A stretch of 60,314 nt of DNA, counting the filler, from Porpidia crustulata (lineage: Eukaryota): assembly GCA_964255105.1 (NCBI GenBank). It is 10 parts of 10 records of this genome, joined end to end, with 100 filler letters (N's around TTAATTAATTAA, not from the genome) between each part and the next. Parts side by side here need not be neighbours in the genome. Positions count along the whole stretch, not along the records: positions 48,384 to 54,299 come from CAXUWE010001672.1; positions 54,400 to 60,314 come from CAXUWE010001673.1; 8 more parts are not named here. One strand, given 5' to 3'. Below, piece after piece: positions 48,384 to 60,314 of this stretch. The notes under the pieces are model-generated. The model searched no databases. It saw nothing but the letters and a program-made list of their open reading frames with translations, and was not told the origin of the DNA. Made by a program: the position numbers and the translations under genes. Within the stretch, counting starts at the first letter, position 1. Every line of letters begins with the position of its first letter.

Positions 48384-51300
48384 CTACTAATATGTTCGTG
48401 ATTGAATTGATGCGGGAAAGACTGGCAAATCAATCCAATGCTGTTTAGGGCCTCGGCCCTCAATGAAATTGGCTGATTTGCGCTTGCGAATGGGCTGACG
48501 GAATCGACAATCAGTCCAGCGACTGAGCTCCCTACCCACCAAGAAAGGGGCTCCTTGAATCCGGCTTTACAATCCTCGAAGTCACAGTGTTTTCCAAAGT
48601 AGCCGGCAATTCGAATGTACTTCTTGAGCCGATTGAGATTTTCCTTTTGGCCTTGATCGGCAAAGTCCATATTCTTTAGCAAATTTAGATTTTTAATCAC
48701 CGATGCAGTGAGTTTGACCAGCTTCTCCGGGTCCTTGAGGGTGTCATTGATGGTCCATAGACACACAGCTACCTCATTGAGCTCTGCTCTTCCAAGCTTG
48801 GAAACGCTACGAAGTAAAACATTTTGAATCTCCCGTAGGAGGCCATGCTGCACAGAAGGCATCACAGGCAATACACAACGGAAGATGATGACAACACATT
48901 TGAAAAGATTAAGGTCGTCCGAGTTCGAAAGATTCGCGATGTATGGTTGAAGGTATTGAAGTTGATCCGAAGTGAACAGTCTCGCATCAGCCTTTGCAAA
49001 TACGGTCAAAGTTTGTAGGACATGTCGTTGGTCAAGACGTTCAGCCTGCTCTTCAGTATCGGCCATTGTCTCGAAGGCCGTTGCAACCAAGCGCTTGCAT
49101 ACTTTGAAGTTGGCAGCGGCACCCTTTGAATCATTTGAAAGAACCTTGCGTAACATGGGCACTAGGACAGTGGCCACGCTTTCATTCCGTTGGACAATTT
49201 TGACAAGAAGGTTGACCTGGTCTTTCAATGCTACCTTATCCTGAACAGCCAAGTCTGTCGAGTCTAGCAATTTCCAGAACGGCGATAACCACACATCTTC
49301 AAAGATTTGGCGTGCTAGGTCCGAGACACCTTTGTCCGGATCAGTGGCCCGTTGTAACAGACTATCTCCTATGATTATCTTGATTTCCTTCCTAGAATTG
49401 CGAAGATAAATGTCTTTCAGTAACCTCATAGATCGCTTCCGCACGCCAATTGTAGGATCGTTTGCCAGAATTAAGATGGTCTTACAGAATTCATGTTCCA
49501 GAGCCGGTCTTAGGACAATGCATTTTCCAATAAGCATTAAAGCTGAATCTCGGACCATTGATGATGAATCAGCTGCGCATTTCATGATGAGTACCTTTAC
49601 GTTTCGCGCACGGTCAAGCAGCGAGGGATCTTTTTCTAACATCTGCGTCACACTTTTTAGACTCCTGGTCCGTACCGTGATTTGGTCACTGCTGATGGAG
49701 TCAAGAAGGATCTTGAGAATGCGGTCAAATTGTCGACAAAAATCCATGTTGAGTACGGTCAATGCATACGCCAAACGGCACTGGCTATTCGACGTCTCCT
49801 CGGATTGTTCTGTAGCTATCCAGTCACTTATGGAAAGCATTCTTCGCAAACGCTGCAATAGCTTCTTGTTGGCAGGATTCATGGTCAAATTACCACTTGA
49901 GACAGCCTTTGCCCATTGTGTCAAGTAAAATCCCTGAGCGCTTTTCGTATGTAAATCGGTCAAGTCCGTAGGTTGAAGATGCTCCATGACAGCGCGATAT
50001 GGCCCGTCCCATCCTAGTAGCTCGTCGTTCTCTAGTGCCCCCTCCATGTAATCATCCAGTATTTGTCTAAGGTATCCGCTGAAGACTGACCCGTGGTTCT
50101 CAAGGCTCCCTGCCCCATGTCGAGTAGTCGCAACAAGTTCGGAGATTGCTGAGCCCATCAGACCGAGAAGTTCTAGCGCCATTGTTTTTGCTGGTGCTGG
50201 CGATTTGGGTTTCTCTGCAATGTCAATAGTAAAGACAAACAAAGCGCGCAGCAAAAGCTCAGCGGCCGGCCATTCTGGTAAGCCCAAGACAGCGATGAGG
50301 TCCTCGGAGAATATGTCTAGTAAATGCCGATGAGGCTGATCACCTGTTTTTGAGGCTGTCATTGCACGATGGACAAAAAACCTGACCACATACTGTGCAG
50401 TTTTCGAGGCACTGTCATTCAATACATTAGCGTCATCAGCTAGTCGCGTCATAAGTTTCTTGAAAGGCGTTTCTGTCGAGCTTTCGGATTCATGGTCGGA
50501 TGAGCTTCCATCCGATGCCATATCAACAGCTTCGTGGTCTTCATCCTCGGAGCCTTTTCGATCTCCGTTGATGTAATGTAGTGGCCTTGCTCTATTCTTT
50601 TGTATCTTTGCCGTCGAATGAGTCCCACTCGTTTGGACAAGTCTCATGATCAAAGCAGAGACGAGCTGGATACTAGTACCGTCCGTGAGTTTGAACTGGC
50701 GAGCATGTTGTCGAGTGATAGGTAGTTTTTGCAAAGAGGTTAGAATCTCGTCGAAAATAAAAATGCGTTGCTGCGGGTATCGAGAGAATATCTGGGCGAT
50801 TATATCCATTGCGGTACGACGCAAGCTTTCGAATTTTTGGATACCTAAAACAGACTCTTTCTCGCTGTGCGCGTTCTCCACGAACAGTATTCGAGCAGCC
50901 AAGAATTCCATTGTAGTAACAATAACCTCCGCCATATCAACTTGGACCAAAAGCTCCAACAAGAGTCCCATAACCTTACTCGTATCATACAATAGCTGTG
51001 AAATGATCTTTTTATACGAAGAAGCAGATTGAAATATCCCTGAACTCGCATCCGTACTTCGAGCTTCTACGACTGGAATAACGCATGCACTCAATGCCTT
51101 TTCAACCACGCGTATCACGCTCTGTAGTAGCTCCTCGGCATAGAGCTCTTTTTCTTCACGGCCGCCTGCCATTATCCTAATTATTGTTCGAGCAGATCGA
51201 AGTCCGGAGTCAACGGCGTGGATTCTATGCACCCACTTTTCGAAGTCTTCATCGCTCCATCCAGAATCGATCTGAACAACCGAGTTTTCCGCTGAGCCTA

Positions 51301-52665
51301 GGGCGGCCTCACACAATCCCTGCAGCCGATGCAAATGATCCACCGGAATATCTTTGAAACTACCTGCTGAAATTGATTTATGCAAGGCAGACTCCAATTT
51401 GACGTGTACAGCTGGCACTAGTGTACGCCGTTCGTGTTCTTCATAGTATACAAGGACGAAGTATTCACTTAAATTCGAAGTATTAGCCGCTAAACCATCG
51501 GCTTGGTCCTGATCATCGGCTTCAAAGATATCCTGGATGATATCTTGCACGCGCTGCAACGCCTCACCAGATATCGCTCGCTGATCTTTGGTCTGTTCTG
51601 CATTGCCAGCGGATTCGAGCCCAGAAGCCCTCTTCCTTTTTCGTTGTACTCCGTTCCCAGGTCCACTAGCAGGACGTTTGTCAACATAGCCAGTATGCCG
51701 GTTCTCCGAGGACAGTGGTGTGATAAGAACGACTGGAACTAGTCTTGATCGTTCCACTGAAGAAACTGCTTCGTATTCTGACACCCTACTGGCTTGCGAA
51801 TCTGCAATTTCATTGTGGACAGTCCTCTGAGGCGTCTGAGGAGTATTCGGGAGGTTTTGCAGTGCAATCGATGAGCCGCCCTGCGATTGGATGTGTACTT
51901 GCTGTTCAGTCCGGTCTGTTTTTCTGTCTTTCTTGGAAGGTATACTCTCGGGGCTGGTTGGAGTAGGATCTACCAAATGCCTGTCAGTCATTGACCTGAG
52001 ACCTGATCTAAGTACTTACATCGACGAGCAAGCTCTGTGTTATTAAGTAACATATTTGCAAAGGGACTTAGAGCTTGCAGATTAACCTCAAAGCCAATGT
52101 TCGATTCTGAAGGGACAGTAGGGTGATTAGAATTAAAGCCCGGGAGTGCTTTGAATTTACTGCATTCAAAGCTCAGCGTGGGTCTTAGGTCGCGGTGGTA
52201 GACCTTACAAATCAGTGATGCTATCTTGGTCTAGATATGGCTTTATTTGCTTCAAGGCATGCTGGGCAAGGCCGGGTTGCCCACGAATAAGCTCCTTGTC
52301 TAATAATTGAAGAGGCTGGCGTGCCGCGAGCTGCTCAGGGAGCGTTGAAAACATAGAGTGCGAACTAGGAATGCTTGCATTGAGGGAAGGTATGATGTCT
52401 TGTCTCGTCAGCTAGACTGGGCCCCAACTTAGTGAAAGTACTAACCTGAATTGAATGGAATTATAGAAGATAAAGGAGAGAATTGCAGAGCTTCCTCAAC
52501 AGTTAGAAGTCTAGTACGACTAATACCGGCAGCCTGTTGTGTACTGTTGGTAGGTAAGGGATGGCGGTAGTGTGGGGTCTTTCGTTGAGGCATGCCTCGA
52601 TTATCGGTCATTGGTACTAATGGAGGAGCTGGTACATCTCCAGTGTGATAATCAGATGGCGCCAT
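48384..52665 (-). CDS. SCC2: Cohesin loader Scc2/Mis4/NIPBL (3' truncated)
   Basis: LTVEEALQFSPLSSIIPF N-terminus; IQLVSALIMRLVQ, EDLIAVLGLPEWPAAELLL, VRTRSLKSV, DSSSMVRDSA, DPTIGVRKRSMRLLKDIY HEAT motifs in an exon of about 1190 codons. Confidence 0.93.
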
Positions 52666-52996
52666 GGCCCCTGAAAGCACTCCTGAAGCTGCGTAGCTAC
52701 AGCTTCCATCCGATGGTATGCCAGAGAGGCTCCGTAGTCGATTCGAAGTCAGCAAATCTTTGATCCAGTGAAACGAGCGAGATGCTGTAAGGCTACCCGG
52801 CAGCGGGTGGCCCCGCCCTAAACGATACCTAGTGTGCTAGTCTCTCAAGCCCTAGGTACGATTAGATCTCTCGTTAGCTTCTAGTCTCCGACTTGTGCAC
52901 GCCCAATCAACAGCAGTTGCGACAACTCAAAACTCTCGGACTTTTGTTCGAGTGGAACCCTGGTGCATCGTTGAAAGAAAGCATAGAGAACCACTT

Positions 52997-53515
52997 ATGG
53001 CTGCCATCGGCTCGCTGGTCTTCTGTACGGACTGCGGTAATCTTCTGGATGGATCCTCTGGAGATAAGGAAGCCATCCTGAGTTGTGATGTTTGTGGCGC
53101 AGAAAACAAAGGTGTGCACAGAGACAACCAAGGACGACTCGATGTATTCTTACTAATCTCAAGGACCGCGACCTTACAGATACCTCGTCCACCATAATCA
53201 CGACGAGATCAAAACCTTCGGCGTTCCCCTCAGCACTACGGTCCAAGCGATCTGCTGTGCAGAATCTGACAGAAGAAGATATTCAAACGATTGCAACTAT
53301 ACGCCAAACGTGCTCTGAATGCGGCAGGGAAGAGATGAGGTATTATACATTGCAGTTGAGGAGCGCAGACGAAGGCAGTACTGTGTTCTACAGCTGCGAA
53401 TGTGGGCACAAGTATGTATAACATCTGCAGAATTCCCAGCGCAAAACCGGCGATTATGTTCATTCTTTCTCCAGCGACTAACTTTCATTGATCAAGATTT
53501 AGTACAAACAACTAG
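52997..53515 (+). CDS. RPA12: RNA polymerase I subunit A12
   Basis: FCTDCGNLL..CDVCG zinc ribbon and TFIIS-like CSECG..YYTLQLRSADEGSTVFYSC..C; three exons ending FSTNN*. Confidence 0.93.
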
Positions 53516-53668
53516 TAGAGGATTTATGACGCAATGTCAGAGATCTCTCATTGGCCATCATAAACCAAAGTCTTAGTGAAGTGGATTCAAAGATGTCACG
53601 GCCTGACCGGTGAAGACCGCTAGTATGAGCAAAACAGTGAGCGACGGGTTTGGTCCCATCATGAATGT

Positions 53669-54200
53669 CTAGGCTTTTATCTTTGCGAGCGGCGAAAAGT
53701 GGTCGTCCGGTATTATCGCATACTCTCGCTCTCCATTCTTCTCAAACTCGGCCATGTCTAATGCCACGACCACGCTATCCCTCACGACTTGCTCTGGATC
53801 ATCTAGGAAGCCTCTCAAGATATCCTCAATCCCGTCCTCATCTCCTAGACTGCCTAGGGCCTCCGCAGCCTCATGCCGCACCATGCTTTCCTCTTTTGAA
53901 TCGCTCAGCGTAGCTACGAGACTGGGTATGGAGGCTGGATGTGAGAGTTGGCCGAAGACGAACGCGATTTCATGTCGGAAAAGCGCCGAAGGATCTCCAA
54001 GACCCGAAGCCAAGGCATGGATAGCAGGAACTGCCGTCGGGAGATCTGGCGGCGACGAGAGATCCCTGAGCGCGAACATGGCTCGGTACCGCTCGAAAAG
54101 AGGAAACCTAGTATCAAGTAATTTTCTCTGTAGCTCCGATATCGACGGTTCGTGTGCTGTCTGCGCGAGCGGAGGAGCGGGATCTATAGACGCAAAATCA
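53669..54200 (-). CDS. LIA1: Deoxyhypusine hydroxylase, last exon (5' part missing)
   Basis: DFASIDPAPP, LFERYRAMFALRD, SALFRHEIAFVFGQL, MVRHEAAEALGS. Confidence 0.93.
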
Positions 54201-54299
54201 CTATTCCCGGTATTCATTAGCCAACTCACTCAAATCCATAAACCGTATCTCCCAGACCAGACCAACGAACCTGTCCCTCAACCTCTCCCCCTTCCTCCC

Positions 54300-54399
54300 N
54301 NNNNNNNNNNNNNNNNNNNNNNNNNNNNNNNNNNNNNNNNNNNTTAATTAATTAANNNNNNNNNNNNNNNNNNNNNNNNNNNNNNNNNNNNNNNNNNNN
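54300..54399. other. Artificial contig spacer
   Basis: N44-TTAATTAATTAA-N44. Confidence 0.98.
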
Positions 54400-56940
54400 G
54401 GAACGAATCTATTCGTTCGGGAGGCTATTCTATTAAAAATATCATACAGGCAACGATTTGACAATATCGTCTCACATCATTAACAATAAGCTTCGATCCT
54501 GACGCGCATGGCACCATAATAGATAAACACTATAAGGTAATTCAGCGGAGACGCAGCACATGATGGTATGATAAACATGTACCCACAGCGATAAGTCTCA
54601 ACGGCAAATGCATCTGTATACATATATACGTGCGGGAGAGCTGTTGCAGCGCAGAGCCTCTTTAGTTTTAGTTTAGAGAAAGTTAATTGGGGAGCTGTGA
54701 TGGTTTTGGCTTATATGGTTTTAAAGGAGAGAGGGAGAGAGATTAAAGATAGATTTGGAGATATGAGCGGCCTGTAAGTCAACTTTATGGATGTTAAAAG
54801 TGACGAGGTTTGGTAAGAATTCGATCCGACTGGTAAGAAAACACAGGGATGAATGTGTGTGATTCATAGTATAAACTAGTCAGAAACATCCATCCGCAAT
54901 CTCGTTTCCGGATTTCTTCTCATCCCGTCGTCAAGAACCCTATTCCTGTGGCCGTAAAAACCGATTGACAGCCCACAGCTTCTTGTGTATCCTCGCACGA
55001 GGTATTTACTTTTTCTCCCGCTCTTCTCAGTAGCTTTCCTGCCTGGTGTCCCATATACTTTCGCCTTCACGCCTTTTAGTCCGTGTTCGCCTCCAGTGAA
55101 TAGTGTGTTGTTTAGAGGATGTAAATCCGTGCAGGCAGTATCGGTTCGATGTCTTTTACCAGCCACGGCTTATTTGAGATGAGGATGGGGGTTCTTTATC
55201 GGGGCCGTCACGTCAGTATGCTGATTTCTGGCCACGGATGTGGGGAAGGCGAGTCCCTGGCTGGGCACGTTGACGATGGCCGTTGCAGGAGGCATGAAAT
55301 TGCATTAAAGGTCTGCCTATGGAGGAGATCTCGCGTATGCTAAAATGAGCGTCAGTGACTTGGGCTGCGGTGGCCTCAGAGGCAGGCACGGCAGGTACTA
55401 GTGGACGGTTGCAGACCAGGCGAGAGCGTCGTCGCTTGGCTGTCACTTAGCCTGCTCCATCATTGATGGTCTGCCACAGCTGGATGAAGACGATATTCTA
55501 CTCGATAGCTTACATCTGAGCAGGCGGAACATTCGTCTCAGCACCATGCTCAATCTTCCACGGCCTCAAGCCCAGATCTTTCACAGGACTCTTCAAGATT
55601 CGATCACCTCTGATGGCATACGATTCTCAAATGCCAAAGCTGCGCAGAAGTACCCCCTGATGGTTGATGACCAGAGTCACTAGACGTGATGGCGCCGTCC
55701 ACGCCAGATCGCATGGAGCATCACTACGCAGAATCAATGGTAATAGAAGTTGAAGCATTAGACTCCGGGAGTCGCTAAACCCTCCGCTCGCTTAATCCAG
55801 TATCAAGCACCAGGGCTAAGCTGGACTGTAACGACACTTGGGTACCAAGTATTGATGCATATCTCCAACTTGGACATTTGTATATCTCTTTGGTCGAAAC
55901 ACCTTTTACCTTACCAAGTCATTGACTCTAATACTTTCTGTCAAAATTGATCCTCCGTCACTCGAAGAGTTGAAGAGATAAACTACAGTAGAGGAGTATT
56001 CCATTGTTGGAAACAACTTCCAGATCATAACCAGGTACATACAACGACTGTAGGAATGGGAAGAATAATGACTAATTCGATCGTAGGTGGGTAGAAGTAG
56101 GATGGATTTTAGTCAAGCATCTGTCAATTTGGGAGGGACAGGATCATTATCCTTTGATTGTGTGTGTGAGCACTACTTTCCTTGAATATCTAGCACCTTT
56201 CTTTGACTGGGATTCCGTGCTGCTCTACACATGTTTCATCGCTATCTCGCAAACTTTGAACCTTTTGAACTTCCAGCCTTCCAAGCTCTTTGCCATCGTT
56301 CGAAAATCCAGCCTTGAGTTCTCTGACATGTCGTTGGTATGTCATTGTTCAATGATCTTTATACCTGGGTTCTTGCTAAGCCTCTATGTGCTGCGACGGA
56401 GTCTCCAATAAGGTCGTCACTACCTCTAGTGCAGAGATTCGTCTTGAGAAAGAAGCCACTCCCTTGAAGGTCAGAAAGACTGTTGTGACCGAAAATCCAA
56501 TGCCGCAAGCGAGCTATTAAAGCTGACAGCGGTATTTACTTCTGACGCCGTCAGCACTACTCTTTCTAGGTCTGTTTCGACTACCATCGGTCGCTTCCTC
56601 AAGCATCAGCAAGTACTTAGATCTTCCGGTAATCCTACTATATGGATCTCATTCGTGGACGAAATTGTAAGCCTGCGAATATCTTCAAAGCTCCAAAGCT
56701 ATACATGATACGAGAGGGTTGATGGATCTCATGAATTTCAGATGGCACTTGCTAGCAGCGATTCAAGCTTGGTCGCGTTAATGGGTAGAAGACTCAGTAT
56801 TATCGAATTCGACAATCGTAAGATAAAGCCAACGTACAATGGTATACCGCTTATTACTTTCACGGCTGTTTATAACTCGTCAGGGCTCGAATGGGATCGT
56901 CTAGGTTTCTAATTTCTTGTATTATCTAAGTGGCTTACAT

Positions 56941-57927
56941 TCACAGCTCTGTGTGCAGTGGAATCATGACCAAATACATGATCGCTGCTGTTACTGCTGG
57001 TGGCAACGTGGCCATAAATTTAATCTTTCGTGTTTCAAAAGGAAGTGGACTTATATCCGCGCTTGCACAGTTTGTGCACTGAACGGTGCCATTTTGAAGA
57101 GGAAAAAAGCTATTGTTCAGCTCATTAGGGGGAGTACTCTTCGAATCTCTGCATATAGGGAAACTCACTTCGCTGGAGTCCCATAATCTGCTGCTTTTAA
57201 ACCATCCGCCTCGATTGAAAGGTCTGCAGCCAAAACGCTTGTATGGTTGTCCGATCCTGTCAGCACAGCCGCTACACCCCAATTTCCACCCGCCAAAGTT
57301 GCTCTCTGTCCAGGATTTAGGTTCATCTGCGATATAATAGAGCCAGCTTTAGCACTACCTTGGGCCTGGTAGACCTGCGCTAAGGATGCAAAGTATTCGT
57401 AGTCTACACAGTAGGCCCTTGTCACTAGATCCAAAGAATTTGGATTATTTGGACGTTCCAGTTGAACGCATAGCTGAGTTGGAAGACATTCCCGATTGAG
57501 GAGTTGCGCCCGCATTCCAGGGTTCGAAACACAGAATACGGCATAAGATTGAGGGGAAATTTCGTATCGGCAACGAGACGAGGTTGCCTCGAATCCATCG
57601 GGACATGTAGCTGCTGGGGTTACTAGCCCGCGCTTTGCTACTGGGTCTCCGGAGGCAGGTAGGCTGGATATATCAAGTATGGCAACCCGGGGTGTGATGC
57701 TGAGGCCCGAAGAGTCAAGAAAGGTGGTGTCTAGCAGTGGTGCTGGCCTAATAGAAGAACAACAAGTTCAGGTTGATGACTTGTGGCCTGGAAACCATGA
57801 CTTACGGAGCGTTATCAGAAGCCACCTCCCCGTCTCTGGGCTCTAACGGCCATCTAGAGCTTCGGGATTCCGTCAAACCGATGGCATAAACTGCGAAGAC
57901 CGCAATCGAAACATAGGACCGGCCCAT
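56941..57927 (-). CDS. Secreted Cys-containing protein of unknown function (289 aa)
   Basis: Exons 57927-57806, 57747-57169 and 57109-56941 splice in frame via GTAAGT..TAG and GTGAGT..TAG introns; signal peptide MGRSYVSIAVFAVYAIGLTES; dibasic AKR site before the Cys-containing domain. Confidence 0.7.
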
Positions 57928-60314
57928 TTTGAGGTACAAGGAGAATGGTAGGTAGACTTGCTGTTTAAGTCGTGATTGGTACGTAGAAGGTCCTATGAGG
58001 TAAAAAATGCAGCAAATGAGATCCAGCTGCAGACAAAATCCTCAAGGGCATATTCTCATCGTTCCGTGCTCTTAAATATATACCAGCACCATGGACTCTG
58101 AGGACCATGGTTTGGTACCTTGTTGTCCCGCGAAAAGACCAATCTCCCTAAAACTTGTTGGTGATACGTCAACTACTTATTAGTCAAACGGGCTTGGCTA
58201 AGAGCTATCAGCAGGTGGAAAGCGCGGCGTGGAGCACGAGCCATGCTAGGAGGCGCGCCCAATGGATTCGGCTTGTTCTTGATGCAGCCTGGGATTTGGC
58301 AGGCGGGCACATTGATAGCCTTTCTCCGCACGTCCCCATCCACGATGCTATCAAATCAAGTCAAAGAAGGGTTCAAGCTCTTGCTCTATCTGAGCTCGGT
58401 CGCAATCATGGTTGAGCTCTCCAATCAACCTCGCAGGACTCCACAATGCCGTGAAAGCTATTTGATAGACCTTACGAACGCTGAATAATCTCTAACAGCT
58501 CCATGAACTGGTGCTCAGCCTGGCAGGTAGTATTTCACCGGTGAGTTCGGAGATATATGCGACCTGCGGATAAATCCTCCAAGCGCAGTCACCGCACTGA
58601 TTCTGAATCAGTTGATAAGAAGTGGCCTAGCGGCTATCGCGTAAAATTCTTAGACGTTTGAGAGACTGAATTAGATTCTTCAATTGCGGCTCGGCAGCTC
58701 ATATAAGTTTCTACTTGAAGTGTGGGGAAATGGCAGGCTGTGCAGAATTTCACGACGTCTCATTGGCAGGCTTTGGTTTTGTGTTATGGTAAGGGTGAAC
58801 CTGGATGGCTTAGCTTTTGCTTTCCACTCTATTTCTTCTACTGTAATCAGCTTCCTTTTCTTTGCCTTCAAGTTCTTTGAAAATAGATCAAGCCTTGTTC
58901 TTCTCACCAACTGACTGAGCTATAGATCACTAGAAGCATAAAGGTATCCCTATTTCTTGGAGGTACCGCCCAAGAAATGCATCCGGGTAAGACAGAGTGA
59001 AATTTATCGAGCCGTAAGGAACAATAGCAGGATTTGAATGCTTCTTACGTAGCTCGTCGCCTTCATGTTTCACGATCGATTGCATTGGAGATGCCTGAAA
59101 CGGAATGTGTCTACTACGAATATTTAACAAAAGCCATTCAAGAGTACTCCATAATCGACTCGCAATTTGGACAGTTTCGTCAGCACGTACTAATCCGAGT
59201 CGCAACCATATTCATAGCCCTAGCCATAAGGACCGACGATATCCCTAGATATTGACCCTGAAAACTAGTGAACAAGCACCAATCTTTAAAGAGTCGTTTT
59301 CTAAAACAAATCGCAATATACCACACAAGATCCTACGCGAAAGCCCCAAATCCTTGAGTCACTAATGCGTCAGCACCGTCGATATCACCCAAAGTCGATC
59401 CAGTATTGTCCTTGGCAGTCAGAGAGCCAGCCATAAGCTCTACACGTATGAAACAAATTACGATAGAGCGACGAATTTTCTATCTCGTTTGAGTCATCTC
59501 AGATCTCTTTCTGCCATGGCGAGCAACAAAAGTGCGAGAGAAACTCGTTCAAGGGACGGAATTGCGCAATTTTTGAACCCGTCGACAACGTCGCTCACTG
59601 GAAAGGCATGTCGTTGCTGAATCGGACAGCTGCTTGGTCATAGTCATATGAAGATGGAATGTATATTTGGTTCAGGGCATGATATGATCCGCTTCGATTA
59701 TCAGAGGCTCTTGTCAAAAGACAGCTTCATTGGAAATCACGATGCAAACCCAAATTCAATTTCCACAAATCGTGCAATGCCAGTATACGAATTCACCATT
59801 GTCCTTCCATTCTCGTACTCTCTTCATCGAATCAAAACTTCAATAATCCATTTTTCGTCCCCTTCATCAATATCTATACCTCTAACGCGAATCATACTAA
59901 ACCCCATCAAAGCAGCCCCCCCCCCTTAATCTCAAACTATGAGCTTGCACATCCTTAAGAGATCTTCGCAAACCCAGTAGTTGATTATAAGAGAAATAGC
60001 CAAGAGAGAATAGCGTAGAAATTGGCAAGGGAGATGCTGAATATAGCAGACGATGGATGTTGAGTACGTACTTCGTACCACAAACTGGTCCAGAATAATT
60101 TACCGCCATTAAGGACCGCATACGAGCGCTGTCTTTTTCATAGAAATACTCCAATACAACAAAATCCTCCCTGTGGAGCAATTAGAACCCCCAAACTCAT
60201 CCCCAACGCTACCACCAACAAAACCATAACCATCACTGGAATATCATAAAGTAACAGTCGAGTCAAGGCACTGATCCACACCATATACGCCATCAAACAT
60301 CAGTAGAGTAGGGG

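Overview
Filamentous-ascomycete (Pezizomycotina) nuclear DNA with short GT-AG introns and CTRAY branch sites. It is plausibly a lichen mycobiont from a metagenome; that is inference only. The window is not one locus: it is ten unrelated contigs of 5962, 5961, 5959, 5946, 5944, 5944, 5936, 5931, 5916 and 5915 bp, sorted by length and joined by artificial N44-TTAATTAATTAA-N44 spacers, so neighbourhood across spacers is meaningless. Recognisable genes are a securin-like protein, tropomyosin, RRP17, a Voa1/Big1-like protein, Pil1/Lsp1, CAF-1 subunit CAC2, glutaredoxin, a metallophosphoesterase, a J-domain protein, an NsdC/Usv1-type C2H2 factor, a kinase, DUF2306, an aspartic-peptidase-like protein, ALA1, an RCR-family protein, TDP1, ACBP, SCC2, RPA12, DOHH and three secreted proteins. 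Repeats include a solo LTR with target-site duplication, a MITE-like inverted repeat, a minisatellite and an ABCG pseudogene. The most notable observations are: (1) an in-frame TGA at codon 8 of an otherwise intact alanyl-tRNA synthetase gene; (2) a glutaredoxin mitochondrial-type extension that has no AUG; (3) a bacterial NAD-dependent DNA ligase fragment joined in frame to a TIM-like C-terminus at a contig end, probably a chimeric assembly; (4) a securin candidate with paired forkhead and CGCG promoter sites. I cannot support a novel multi-gene system from this sequence. All family assignments are by motif recognition, not by database search.
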